Assembly: GCA_965153455.1 (NCBI GenBank)
Contig: OZ234494.1
Span: forward strand, 5,580,001 to 5,644,000
Length of the DNA: 64,000 nt
Direction: 5' to 3'
From: Sphagnum compactum
Lineage: Eukaryota
Under the pieces are notes generated by a model, which made no database searches, was not told the DNA's origin, and saw nothing but the letters and a program-made list of their open reading frames with translations. Below are positions 50,278-64,000 of the stretch, one piece after another; the first letter of the stretch is position 1, and each line of letters starts with the position of its first letter. Position numbers and translations under genes: made by a program.

Positions 50278-52959
50278 CTATCTTGTTTAAGTCGTTTGCT
50301 AAGTTGTAATTCACTTGAGGTTACTTATGTGAAAATGTTAATACTTAAGTTTGATTTTGATTCTATTTAAGAGTCTGATAGAAGTGAAAGCTAAATAAGG
50401 ATGTATTAGGACTGCACCTTAGAAATCTTACAAGTACATCATTAGTGCTTGAAGATTATTCTACAGACTAATTTAATATTGTCATGGCGAAACGTTAATG
50501 TTAATTATGGGCTTGTATTCCCAATATATTAGTAAAATCACATCTAATTATACATCCCTTTTCACCTCTCTACAACCTCAAAGGATAATGCACTTTAAAA
50601 GGTTTACTAGGTCCTAAAACTAACTAAACATTACATCATCTTAAATAAAGGAGTTTTTTACGCTTGGAAATATCCAAAGGCTAATTCAATTATTAATTAT
50701 TACTTGGAGGTTTATAAGGGTCTAAATCATTATTACTAAAGAAAGTTATGGAACTAAAGCTTAACAATTTGTTGAATTATAATCCATGGCTCACACACAT
50801 GCAAATAAATTAACATTTAAAGTTGAAAGCAAATATAGGATTTTAGGGTTTAAGGTTACCCAAACTAGTTTTTACCAACAAAAACATGGTGGGTGGCATC
50901 TTTCTCAACTTCAAAACCAAGTTATGAATGATATGGTGAAATGGGTAAAAAAAACTAGACCTCAACAAATAATGGGAACTTCTGAAACAATTAGTTGATA
51001 AAGAGAAACAAATTAGATTTTAAATTCTAGCAATTCAATGCAACATGAATTTTTTTTGCTATTAGTTATGCAAAAATCCACCACACAAAGCCTTGCAATA
51101 ACAAAAGAAAATACTCAAAACTGGGGTTATTGGGCCCTAAGGACAAAATGAAAAATCAAGATGAAAACAACACACAATGAAAAAAAAGGAAATGATCAAC
51201 TAGTTTTTTCACCTAAATTGGTTTTTAGGGGAATTCCACTCTTAGCTTTCTGGATTTGCTTTAATTGCACCTTCATTACACCTTCATTGTTGTTCATATT
51301 TTTCATAAAATCAAGCCTTTTAGGAATGATATCTTGCAAATCTTCTAAATTGATACCATGTTTTGTGAAAGAGTACCCAATTTCAATCAATTCATGGCTA
51401 CACTCAAATTGGGGATCAAATAAAGATTAGAGGGTCAAACTAGGGCTCAAAGATACAGTGACTTTACAAATAATTGTCATATATGTTCCTTTCAAGGTGA
51501 AAGAATAATGCAATGGATCAATTTTGAGTACATAACTTTTACAATCCCTTTGTTAAACTTTTCACGATTCAAAACCATAATCTTTATACTCATTTTTAAA
51601 ACAACATAACTTTTTCTAAGATGATTCAATCATCTTAATCTATGGATTATTTTCTTATTAAATAAATTTTTTTTCATCTTATTTATTTATAATCACATAT
51701 CAACAAAAAAATTAAATTAACATATTTATTCAATCAAATCATTGACTTCACATCATTTTTCATATTGATAATGCAAACATATTATTACTATATAATTTTT
51801 TTATTTTTTATTTTTTATGTCCATTATGTATTTTTTAAAACATTTAATTCTAGACAACATGTGTAATATATATGTCCAATATTGACTTCCATATGTTTCA
51901 TCGATTCATATGATTGAAATTTCGATTAACATTAAAAGGAATCTAAGACTTTACTTGACACAAAAACAATTCACAAGCTAGCTTGATGAGAAGAACATTT
52001 TCCAAAAGAAATAAACATAAAGAACTCCCTTATATTTTGTAAACCAATTATATATGAAATTGCAATTCAATTTTCACAATAACAATGTAATTTGGAGGGT
52101 GTTTATTTTCAAAATTCATTAAACATAATTCCACAACAATGAGTATAGTCATAATTATTGGTTGGGTATCAAATTTTGGTTGAGTATCAACCAAGGCATG
52201 CACCTAGGTATGGGGTGCCTTAACTATTAGGCCTTGATCAATTAAAAATTTCAATATAGTACCCATGTCCCATACACATGTGATGCCCATACCTAGGTGA
52301 ACCTTGTGTTTTGCAAAGTCCATGAAATGCATTGGTGGAATGGGCATTTCACATCACACATCGATGCAAGGCATTAAACTTTAGGGTTAAAATTTTTAAG
52401 TTAGAACTTTGCAAGGCCTAGGCAATCCTTAGTTTGGTTTGAAGGTTATTAATGTGAGAGCTATAGGTTTGCAGCTTTATGCAATCATGATGGAGAATGG
52501 AAATGATTATGCAATGGATGAGAACATTGACTTTCCCTCAGGGTATTTTATTTTTGGTGTCACTAGTGGTTACTATGTTGTTGTTTAAATCAGTTTTAAA
52601 TTATCCTGTTGCACAAAGGACTTATGTGTTTTGGTTTCGATTGCATTGTCAAGTTTGTGATTCAAAACCCAAGTGAAGCATTGGAGTTTGTGTTTTGGTT
52701 TTGATCATTACATTTGTCAACATTCTAGTTTCCATTCTCATGATTGAGTGTTCTGTGTTTTATTGTGTTCGTCATTCAATTTACATCATCAACGGTCATG
52801 TTCAATTATTCCTTCAATTTCCATTGTTGTGGGTTACGTTTTAATCATTACTACAAAATCATGGTTTTTCAATAGGTTCATGTTGATTAATTTGTCATTT
52901 TTAATTATGGACATGTACATTTTGACTAAAGGTCAGGTGCTTAAATGACACATGTATTT

Positions 52960-54745
52960 TTTGATTGATCAACTTGATTATAGTGGTTCATTTGATTAAA
53001 TACATATAGTCAAGTTGTACAACCTTAGTCAAAATGGTTAATGGTTTTTAATCAAGTTCAACATTTAATCAAGATGGTCAATGATCTTTGATCAAAATTA
53101 CCAATGGTCTTTAATCAAGATGGTCAATGATTTTTAGTCAAAATGACCAATGGTCTTTAGTTAAGAGGAACATTTAATCAAGATGACCAATGATTTAGAA
53201 TCAAATGTGACATGGTCTACTATCCTATGTATTTAGGAACTTTTACTTACTCACCCACTTATTTACCTAACTAGTTATTAACCTACCTATTACCCACCCA
53301 CCTACATACTATTTACCTACCTACGTACCTACCTATCTACCTATACCTTCTCACGTACTTACTTATGTACCTACTTATATTTTATCCTAACCTATTTAGC
53401 CATCAGATTTGGCATTAGGTTTAGTTTAAGTTGAACCATTAAATTTGGTCATTAAGTATAACCTAAGTTTAGCCATTAGATATAGGCACTAAATAAAGCT
53501 TAAGTTTAGTTATTATATTTAACCACTAAATTTACCCACTAAATTTAGCCATTTTGTTTAGCCAATAGGTTTAGCATATGTTTAACCATTATGTTTAGCT
53601 AAATTTTAATCATTATATTTAACCACTAGGTTTAGCCACTAGGTTTAACCTAAGTTTAACCATTATGTTTAGTTAAGGTTAAATCATTATGTTTAGCCAC
53701 TAAGTTTAGCTTGAATTTTGCCACTATATTTAAATAAGGTTCATTGTTTAACCATTAGATTTAGCCACTAGGTTTAATCATGATGTTTAGTCAAGGTTTA
53801 ATTATTATACTTAGCCATTAGACTGAGCCACTAGGTTTAATCAAAGTTTAGCCATGAAATTTAGGCATTATGTGTATTAATTAGGTTTAGCCATGATGTT
53901 TAACCACTAGATTTAATCAATAGGTTAACCAATGTTTAATCATTATGTTTAACCATTATGTTAAGCCACTAAGTTTGACCATTAAGGTTAACCACTTGAT
54001 TTAGACATTATGTAATTTAGCCTAGCCACTAGTTGTCACCTAGGTTTAACCAATGTTTAACCATGATGTTTAACCATTACATTAAGCCGCTAGGTTTAAC
54101 CATTTGATTTAACCATTATGTTTAACTTATTTTGAACCACTAGTTATCACCTATATTTAGCCAATGTTTAGTTATTTTGTTTAGGCATTACATTAAGCCT
54201 TAGCCACTAGGTTTAACCATTTAATTTAACCATTATGTTTAACCTATTTTTAGCCATTAGTTATCATTTATGTTTAACCACTATGTTTAATGATGTGAAA
54301 TAAACATGTGAAATAAAAAATTTGACAAAAGTTGAACATTTTTGTTGGTGTAATTCATTGGTGAAGACTTGGTTTATCATTGTGAAGGTTTAGTATTCAA
54401 TTCCTTATACTTACAACCTATGTGCATGCTTAGAGGGTTAGGGTAGGTAGGTTAGACTAAAGTAGTTTGGTGAGGTAAAGTTAGGTTAGGTAGGCTAGGT
54501 TAACATCTACCTACTTAAGTGTTTTTTTTAACCTACCTAAACCTATTGACTACCTACCTACCTACTTATTAATTTTTAAAATAATAATCCAAAAAATCAT
54601 ATTAATTTAAGTATAAATTTGACTAAGTCAAATGTTCCATTATCTACTAGTCAAACAGTTAATCACTTTGTCAATCACATTGCCAATGATGAAGACAAAG
54701 TCCAAATTGACTACCTAGTCGTGTTAGCAAGTCCAAATTGACTTG
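52960..54745. repeat. Composite satellite-like block: tagtcaa/ttaatcaagatggtcaatg units, (acct)n, a ~900 bp array of 12-14 bp ttagccactaggtttaacc units, (taggt)n/(acct)n, tgact/agtcaa units
   Basis: Degenerate short-period repeats are directly visible upstream of the hAT transposase remnant. Confidence 0.85.
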
Positions 54746-55299
54746 TTTAGATCGATAAGGTGGTTTTTTTTTACACCTATCATTTTGGGTATTTTTTAAA
54801 ACCAATCAAAGAAACCATGAATTATAGTAATGAATGTTTTTCTAATTTCCATTGTCGATGGGTGTTCTATAGTTTTGGTTTGTTGGTTTGTCATAAGTAA
54901 CTTCTTCATTGTTGTAGAACTTCTTCACCTTCTTTAGTTTAAGGTTTAAAATGTGTTGTGTTCTACATTTTTTGAATTTTAGTTTTCATTGTTAATCTAG
55001 AATGAATGCCAATAGTCAAGATTTTTTTATGAATGAATGACAAAAGATTAAAAGGGATTTTCTTCATCTAAAACTAATTATGATGTTGGCATTCGTGAGG
55101 CCCAAGGGGTTGGGAATGGTGGTGGTGGGGTTAGGAGTAGTGATGATGGGCTTGAATATGAAGCAAGTCCTAGTGGATTAATTATTGATAGAAAGTTCAA
55201 TGAAGACAATTTGGAGATTTTTGAAGTGAAAGCTACTACACAATAGTAACAACTACTTGTCCAACTAAAATTCAGCAAAAAGTTTTAAATCACATGGCA

Positions 55300-57335
55300 A
55301 AGATTAACTAGTATGTGGGCAATTTTCAAATTTAATGATCTTAATGTTATTGTGAATGTTTATAAGTCTCAAAGAATGACTATGCATTTTCTACCAAAAT
55401 GTGCAATAAGAAAAAAAAGGTCAAAGTTCTACCCAAAGCTAGAAAGGCTTGGTTATGTATAACAAAAGCCATGGCACAATTGTCATGAGTCATCATGTTG
55501 ATTCAAAACATTTTGCAATTTTGAAGTTGTATCAAAAACAATGTTCCAATGCTACCGCAAAATTTGATATTCACCAAATTGTTAAAAAGAGGAAGAAGCC
55601 AATTGTGGCCTCCATTGTTGATTTCTTCAATAATGGTGTCTCATGGAAAAAAAAAAAAAACCTTATTCAAGAATAATTACTTGAGGATTTGGTATCCTAC
55701 ATCACAAAGGGCTACCGTCCATTGAACTCTATTGAAAACATCTAGTTAAAAAGGCTTATCCTTCATCAATGTAGTTGAGTTGTGTTTCCTAGCAAATGAT
55801 AACTCATTAAATGAAGTTATCCAAATGATGGTTAGCAAGGCCATGGAACGATATTTGTTTCCTACCCTTGGTAAAACAACCATAGTTAATGCCACTTTTG
55901 ATTTGTGGATGTCCCAAGGAGGCTTTGACATGTTTATGTTTGTTGAAAACTACATCAACAAAATGTGAGAAACATGCCATATCACAATTGAATTTTTTGA
56001 GGTTCATGAAACACCAAGGGCCACCATGGCTATGCAATTGAGGGATTTGTTTACAACTTGGTATAAGTTGTTAGACAAGGTCATTACATATGTTAAAGAT
56101 GAAGGTGTCAATTTAACACCTTCACTATGGCCTTAACGAGTTTCACTATAGTTGTCATAGCCCTATGCTACCATTTGTTATGGACATGCCATGTCAAAAT
56201 GTTGTCAATATGCTACTAATGACCTTAAAGTATGTGGTGGAATGAGAGAGGTTTCTATTAAAGATTTTAAGTCTTCTTTGTAGAGACTATTATTTGGATT
56301 AGGAAAAAAGGGAAAGGTAGATAGGAATGGGCTAAAGTTTGTAGAGATGCATCCATTCACCTTCAAAAAATTGAAGGCTCTTTTCAAAACATGGTTTGCA
56401 TTCAAAAAAACCCTAAAGTTCAAAAATGCGATAAATCTTTGTTATTCAAGGCAAAACATTGCTCTATAGAGCAAAATTCCTATTCCTTAGACATGGGTTG
56501 TGGCACAAAAAGTGTCAATTTTTTTTACTTTAGTGGTTACATAATGTATTTTAAACCAATCCCAAGGGTATTGGTTATTGTTTAATGTAATTTTTGCTAC
56601 CATATCCATGCGTATTAGGATGTGTAACAACGATTTTAGTACAAGTGATGTAATGCAAGTATATGGCTAGCAAAAATCTACTTTATTGTTTAAGGTTTAA
56701 TGTTTTTTGTTGGCTTTGGTTTTTTGGTCTTTTGTTTAAGGTCTTTGAGTTTTTGTTTAGGTTTGTTTTGTTTAAGGTTTTTCAATTAGGGTTTTTAGAA
56801 TAAGGTTTTTTGGTTTTATCTTTAAGGTTTTTGTTTAGGCTTTAGTTTTCTGGTTTTATATTTAGGTTTTTGTTTAGGTTTTAAGTTTTTGAACTTTTTT
56901 TGTTGAATTAAGTGTATTTGGAGCTCTAATTCTATTGAAGAAGTTGCATTGGGGCCACTTAAAGTTGAAATGTCAATTTTCAAAAAGAATAAAGCCTACA
57001 AATGCATTTAGTCCTTCAACTTGGTGAGTAAAACATGAGTAGCCCTTTCCTAATATTTCATATTTAGCATGACAATTCATGGGCATTGTTGGTTCATAGA
57101 TAGAAACTAAAAGAGTTTTAATATGACAAGAGTCATCATAGGTTTGAGATGCTATTGACTTCGGATTAAGAATCTGAACAAGTTGGTTCTTGTTATGAAG
57201 AATTCGCTAGATGATCTTGGATTTGGGTGCACAACTAAGCCTAAATCGATCAAGGAATACCTAGAGATTGAAAATGGCATGGTGTTGGAAAATGAAGATT
57301 TGATTGTTGATTTTAATTTGTTTGAAGAAGATTGT
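55300..57335 (+). mobile_element. hAT-superfamily transposase pseudogene
   Basis: BED-finger remnant (YNKSHGTIVMSHHVDSKH); LLEDLVSYITKGYRPL; catalytic-Asp region ATFDLWMS (~55891-55914); YVKDEG; CYGHAMSKCCQ; acidic C-terminal tail at 57183-57335. Multiple stops and frameshifts. Confidence 0.78.
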
Positions 57336-58515
57336 TTTAGAGTGCCAAAAAAGTTTGGATGCATAATATGTGAGGAGCAAAATGGGAGCTACCTAATTGC
57401 AATTGGGATTTGGTTTTTTATTATTTTGATTTTGTTGGTTGTAGGTACAATAACCCTAATGGAAGGTTGCCCCATTTTGTGTTGTGTGATTTTTTGGATG
57501 TGCATGTACCCAAACTCTAAGAGGTAGAGTACTTCAACAATGGGCAAAGGAAAAATGTGAAGCACATTGGTTTTTTCAGAGCTCCACAGTAGGTTTGTGT
57601 GGTGTCAATGTTGCTTGAAATATGTGTTATAGATTTGTTGTGGGGTGTATCTGTTTGCAAAACTCTAGTTTTAAATTGAGGGACTACCTGGGTTTGATGA
57701 AACTTCATTGGGTGATTCTACTAGGGTTTTCAGGTTGTAGATTGTAGTTTGACACAAAGTTGCAAATTTGAGTCATTGAACCTATGGTCAATTTCCACAT
57801 GACCAAGTAGTCTTGAAATTTGAAGGGTATGGTTTGATGCAATTGTGTTGAACGAATTCAACGTAACATCAATTGTTTGAATCCGTTTCAATGCATAGCT
57901 GCTTGAGTGTCTTAGTTTGTGTGTGCATGGTTTGCAAGAGTTTGAGAATGCATTTCACCCCCACCAGTGTTGGTCACACACAAAGTGTCAGACCATCCAC
58001 TCCACCATCATGAAAAGCAGTGACAAACTGGCATGACCACCCCCTGTCATCATCAAGCTCCTTCCTGATGGTGGGTGCAGATAAGTATATAATCATAAGC
58101 CCAAAATCTGGGCAAACCATTATACAAACTGTGTGCTGAGTTTGTCCCATTTCTGGACTTAACAGAAAGAACCCAGTCATAATCTTGGCTAGCAATCAGA
58201 AATATAGTGAATAAAAAACATCAATAGTATCCTCATTCAAGCTGTATAACAAGCTTGTGAGGGTGAGCTTATTTTGGACAATGGTGGACAACATACGCAA
58301 AGCTTCTCAGTGTTGTCTTATTTCATAGAATCAATGAACAGTGCTAACCATCCTAAGAAAGATTTCCTACATCAGAAGTGGCTCCCTGGTGTAGTTGATT
58401 TCTGTCATTGCAAGTCTACCTCTTCAGCCACATCAACTGGTACCTAGTCAGTCAAGAAATAACATACGTAGGAGGTTCCATTATATCTGGGATTGCTGGA
58501 AGTTACAACCGCATC

Positions 58516-61500
58516 TTAGTACAACAGAGTAAATTCCTTACTCAATGTGTTCTGTTTTATGAGACCCACATACTTAGCATACAAGGTTTGAGCAATTTTG
58601 AGAGCATCACCTTCTGGGTGTACAGGATATAGGTCTGTAGCATCTTGCCAATTGTTTGTCAAGGCTATCCACTGTTCTCTCCAAGCATCAAATGGGAAAG
58701 AAGAATTTTGATAGAGAGATTGTTTCAAGAAACCAATATAGAGTGAAGCCCGAGGTTGGTAGTAGTCACGCATCAAACCACTCCACATCTTATTTGCTGC
58801 ATAAGAACAGAAATTAGTGTCAGATAGCCAGTTACCTGTGGACATCTGATAAACCTGTCTGATTTCTGATTAATGCTTTGACTGAGAGACAGCTACACTA
58901 GATAATCAACAGTACAAATTGAAGAAATACAGAGTTCACTTCTTCATCCATTTCTTTCTGGGCTTTCTGGAATCCACTTCAGCAAAAAGTATGGTTCAAT
59001 GCACAATAACATGCTTGTGCAAAGGCCGCACCTGTACATGGTTTGCTCCAACAATTCCAATGTACACAGTATCATGAAAGCAAGCATTTCTGGTGGAAGA
59101 TAGACACAGCAATTCCAAACAAAAAATATCAAATACACTGCTTACCATAGTCATGGAGTGGGCTTGGCTTGTCAGGAGTATTGTCAAACCACATTGTGAT
59201 CTGTGTCCTTGCATTCCATTCATACTGCCACAACATCTCCAAGACAGATCATGCATAACACATCAGAAGAAGAAATGTTCATGAAAAAGCTACAATCCCC
59301 AGTTTTAAACCAGTACTAGCTGATTCACATGATTAGCAAAAACCTGCATTCACCCTACTTTCTTGACTCTTGATGCTATTGAAGTTCTCTTTTCAGATAG
59401 CTCAAACTCCCTCATTCATAAATCTTGTATTTGTTATCAGGTTCACCAACAGATTCAGATCACATTATGTCAACTGTAATCCATCCATGTTGAATACCGA
59501 AACCTCATAAGATGTCTCCAGAATTTCAAAGGAACTCTCATGCATGCCCCTACCAGAACTCCAAATCCTCAACCCTTGTGCCTAGCATGCATCTTTCTAC
59601 ACCTTTTACATGTGGCAGTGAACGTACAAGCTTCTTATCCGCCTCTGTGGTTGAAAGAGCCTTGGCATCTTCCAGCCAAGGCCCTAGCAAAAATCCTTCA
59701 CTAGAGCTGAGTAATGTGTCCAAGTCAGACAGAAGCTCCAGAAAGCAATCACTTGTCATCTCCACTTTGGCAACATTCTGGACTTGAAAATCTGCCAGAA
59801 TCTGAGAAAGAAGCTGATTTGCTAGCTTTGACAGCACCTGCCTTGTTAAGTCCACCACATCGTACCTGCCAACCACATACATAACTCATTTAGAAAACTT
59901 CACTCCTAATGTGGTACTTTGAAGGGAACCTCGTCAGTGGGTATCACAAAGCTGGCCTAACAACTATGAGCCTTGAGCTTCTGCAGTCATCTATTGGTCC
60001 ACACATGTCCCATACCTGAGCTTTATCTTAGGAATGTGCACTGTAAGTGTACACAGATCACCATAAGGTACTGAAGGACATCCCCAAAATTGATACAAGT
60101 GGCCTTATTTTTCTTGCAAGCTGGACACTGAAAGTACTAAAAGAGCAGTTTGACCCAGACAGATGTACCATGAAGGTCTGAGACAGTGAGTAGAAACACA
60201 GCTTTGGCTAAATGTCTACACAGAGAGACACACACAGAGATGAGAAAGACCTGTATGGCTGGTTGTCACCAAGGCTGTCCCCTGAAGCAAGAAGAAACTG
60301 CAAGGCTCTTGCAGCATCTCTGGGAGAGTACCACAAGTGTGGAGGATGACCTAAAAGCTGTTGCTTAGTTGACAACTTTGAATGGATGGAGTTGCTTGTC
60401 AGTCTCAACCTGCTTTGACTGGACTCTCCATTGAGCACTGATAACTGCAGTGTAGGACTGTTATCTGGAAAGTCCACTATTGTATCTCCATTATGATCCT
60501 GCATAAGCATTTAAGAGTGACTGTTGAACATCTGACTGAACATATCAGAGAAATCCTTAAAGTGACCCTGCCTTTGGGTCCTCCTTTCACCCCCTATCCA
60601 TAAAGTGAAGGAATCATGGGTGAAACTCAGTACCACAGTATCTAATGCACAGGATTCAAAATAATTCAAAATATGGGCAACAATGAGCACAGCAGCAGTG
60701 AAGGCACTTAGAAAAAAAAGAAAGACGGTGAAACTCAGATTACCATAAAATTCAGTGTAATATGAGTTTCACCCTGTCTTCACTCCCCATTTAAATGAAA
60801 TGTACTTTTTTCTAATCTCACCAATCTTAATGACCAAACTCAGGGTGCTGATCCTGTGTTTTCTTCACTTTATGGATATCTCTATTAAGGTGCAACAATA
60901 TGAGGACAAGCATTGCCATGAATACTAACTTGCTGCATCAGATGGTTGCACAAAAAAAAAAACAAAGGTCTCTGCGGATAAAAAACAGATAAGGGGAAAG
61001 ATAAGGGAATGTTACAGCAATCCCATCCGAGCAATTGTAAATGGATCGATGCAATATCTTCCACGCTGTTCTTGCATCTGCTACAGATTTTCCATACCTT
61101 CTTGCTGAATAAGCCTCCACCCAATTCTGGATCACAGACAGGATTGTCATGCATCACTCACCAACATGCACTGCACACATACTGCTGATTTCCCACAAGA
61201 CTTTAGAAGAAACATCAGCACCTCCAGGTGGATTAAACAAGGCTTAGTTATGAGCAGAAAGGTGAACACCTCCTTTTGATAGGGGAAGAGACTACCTCCA
61301 CATCAACACTTCCATTGCGGAATGCCATCTCGGACATCAAATCATACACCACTGGATTTTGTTCAATGCCTTCCATGCACATGCCAACACCCACCTAAAA
61401 TTTCTCCCATGAAACAAGCCTCATAAGTAACTCACATATTCAAGCTCTATTGAATATCATGAGGGTGTGTGGAAACCACCTTCTGGACCTTTGAAATAGC

Positions 61501-64000
61501 ATCCTCCAAATACAAGACATCAGGGACTCAATAGCAATGTTATCAGTAGTATCTATCTGTTCCCCTGTTAGACAAAACCTCTTGACTTGGCTGCTTATCC
61601 AGAAGTGAGCCACTCAGAAAGGTTCTGTGATTGAAAAATGGGCCTCAGAAGTTGAGAGAAACTACCATTGTAGAATTTGGACTGGTCAATGCTTCAATAG
61701 GGCCTGCACCCACCACATCAAGCCGCCCATACATCTCCAGATTCCCTCCAAAATTGTGTAGCATGCACCTGAACACATCTCACTGTTAGAAATACATATC
61801 TATCAGCCAATAGTAGTCTACTCCACCTGCTAAGCACCTTTAGGTTCTCTCACAAGGAACAGCTTCATGTGAGAGAGACACAATTATTTACCAGATGTAA
61901 GGGATGCCATAAAAGTGATTTGATCGTTGCCAGACAGGCTTCACATCAGCAAAGAGGTCCAAAACTATCATCTTCCCGACTGGAACTGAATGCAGCAATG
62001 CCTGCAAATGTCAGTTTTGCACAGTCACACATTCAATAGACTACCTTCAGCAAACATCAGTACCTGAATTGGACGCCCATATACCATAATATGTGGCCCA
62101 ATCACCTTGATGAATGGAAAAGAAAACCTTGAAGGAAGACCTTGTACTGTTTACTCCTGAAATACAACAACATTAGGACTCTGGCATGTAAGGTTGTAAT
62201 CTCCTTCTAGTATGCATTAGGCAAAGCAAACAGTAAGAGCTATAACAGAATGCTATCATAGCACCTGCATTTGTGGGGGCTGCCAATAGGACTCATCAGA
62301 AGCAAACAACCAACCCTGCACAGGCATTTGAACACAGTCAGGGGTAAATGTCTGCTCAATAGACTAGCTTAATGTCTCCTCAAGGCATGATAACAAAACA
62401 CAGGAAATGCCTTAATCAGGGAGGATTGAAATTTGATAAGTGCCTGCATCAGCCAGATTGCATCTTGGTCACCAGCATTCATTGCTTCGAAAACAACTGC
62501 ACCAAGAGCTGCAATGTAGACTGGGTCATCTGTTGGTGGTTGATTCTCATTGAAGGTATCACTTTGCAAGACAAAACACCAGAAAGTAAATAAAAAATGA
62601 CATCAGCTGGTACACAAAAGACTCAAAGTAATTCTGAACTATCAGATCTACCTTGAAAAGTCTACTGTTCACAGGATACCTTTAAAAATACATATAGTGA
62701 ATGACAGGAACTTCATCTAAGGATTCATAGCAACCCAAGTGTGCTGTCTAGATATCTGAACCTCCCCTTCTGTCAAGGGTGCTCTTCTGACGAAGTGGAA
62801 AGTCAAGAGTGTCCAGAGCAGCAACAAAACTAACCAATTATAGACGTGCTGGGTTCCGCCATATTCTGCAGAGAATATATCAGGCACAGGTCAATGCACA
62901 TGCTGACTGTTTACTAGTTCCAATGTGAAACCATCCTCTTTGGAACATCCATACTCAGTTCAAAGAGGCAACAGACAACCAAATCCTAATAATAAGGAAC
63001 CTCTGTGAAGGTCTACAGACAATATGTATCAATGAGATTGCATAGAAAACTCCACAACAAGATTTGAAGGTACACATTACATCTGTTCCGGCCAAACCAA
63101 AACAAACACAACTAGAATGAGTGCGTTCATAATCTTTTGAGTGTTAATAACAAAGTCATTAGATACCTTCAATCTGTTGTAAGATGAAGGCTTTTCCAAT
63201 CTCCACAAAAAGTGGGTCTGTGGGGTCCAAAAGATATGTACAGCACCACCTTGGATCACCATCCACGGTATTCCTGGTCATGCATGTGCTCAATTTTCAG
63301 CTCAAATGGTTGGATGCCATCCTAGGTCACAATCATTTCTGTCTCTCCTTGTCTTCCAGCTCCATAGCGCACACTCTCCAAGAACTAAACAAATCTCTTT
63401 CTAAACTCCAAATTGTCAATGATACTGTAATTGTCAAGGAAAAGGAGAGCTACAATGTAATAGAATCAGACAAGGACAAAGTGCAAACCAATCGCCTAGC
63501 TGTGTGATTTTGGCATTGGGGTAGATTTTGGATATGGCAGCTGGGACATTTCCAGAGAAAGCAGGTAATACTGTAGAAGCACTAGCAAGGCCAAGGTCAG
63601 AATTTGTACTAGCAGAGAATGATCTGATGTAATCTGCCTCCCAACCATGAATGTCCATTACTGGAGGCGTCTCTTTCATACACCTCAGAGTCCAAGCCAC
63701 ACAGTGTAAAAGAGCTCTATTATCATAACATGAATTACAATCCTAACTTCCCGCCATACAAATAAACAAACTTATGTATGAATCACCAATAGTCAATGAC
63801 ATATTTATTGAGTCTCCATGTGGTTTGAGGCAACAAGATCTATAAGAAAAGGGATGATGCAGAAAACTGACTGGTGCTTTATCAGGAAGGAGCATACCAG
63901 GAGTCATGCCAAGATCCCGCATGCGAGAAAGAATTCTGATCTGCAACTGCAGCTGCTGGTCCAGCCATGCCTGTGGCAATGGTCCTCCCCACCTGGCAGC
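58516..64000 (-). CDS. NAGLU: Alpha-N-acetylglucosaminidase (GH89), 5' part outside the window; at least 14 exons visible
   Basis: Exons encode [126 protein letters not shown] and [16 protein letters not shown]; stop at 58516. Confidence 0.95.

Overview
Eukaryotic, intron-rich plant genomic DNA. It is most likely a bryophyte such as Sphagnum; this is an inference from gene content, repeat style and dehydrin type. Six recognisable host genes are present: a Mn-dependent ADP-ribose/CDP-alcohol diphosphatase (-), a SAM carrier of the mitochondrial-carrier family with a transit-peptide-like N-terminus (-), a SWAP/SURP splicing factor (+), a Gly-rich LEA/dehydrin-like gene (+), a K-segment dehydrin (+), and the 3' part of an alpha-N-acetylglucosaminidase (GH89, -). 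A spliced 50-aa single-TM microprotein gene (+) is not represented correctly in the ORF track. Between the genes lie decayed TEs: a full-length Ty3/gypsy LTR element with a nested insertion, a rearranged Ty1/copia remnant, a hAT transposase pseudogene with satellite-like flanks, and a non-LTR retrotransposon with a CRE-type RT and a C-terminal restriction-like endonuclease. The non-LTR element is the most unusual feature; it sits between the two LEA genes and its 3' end carries a DRE/CRT core upstream of the dehydrin. Three GC-AG introns were identified. All assignments come from manual translation and motif recognition; no database searches were run.
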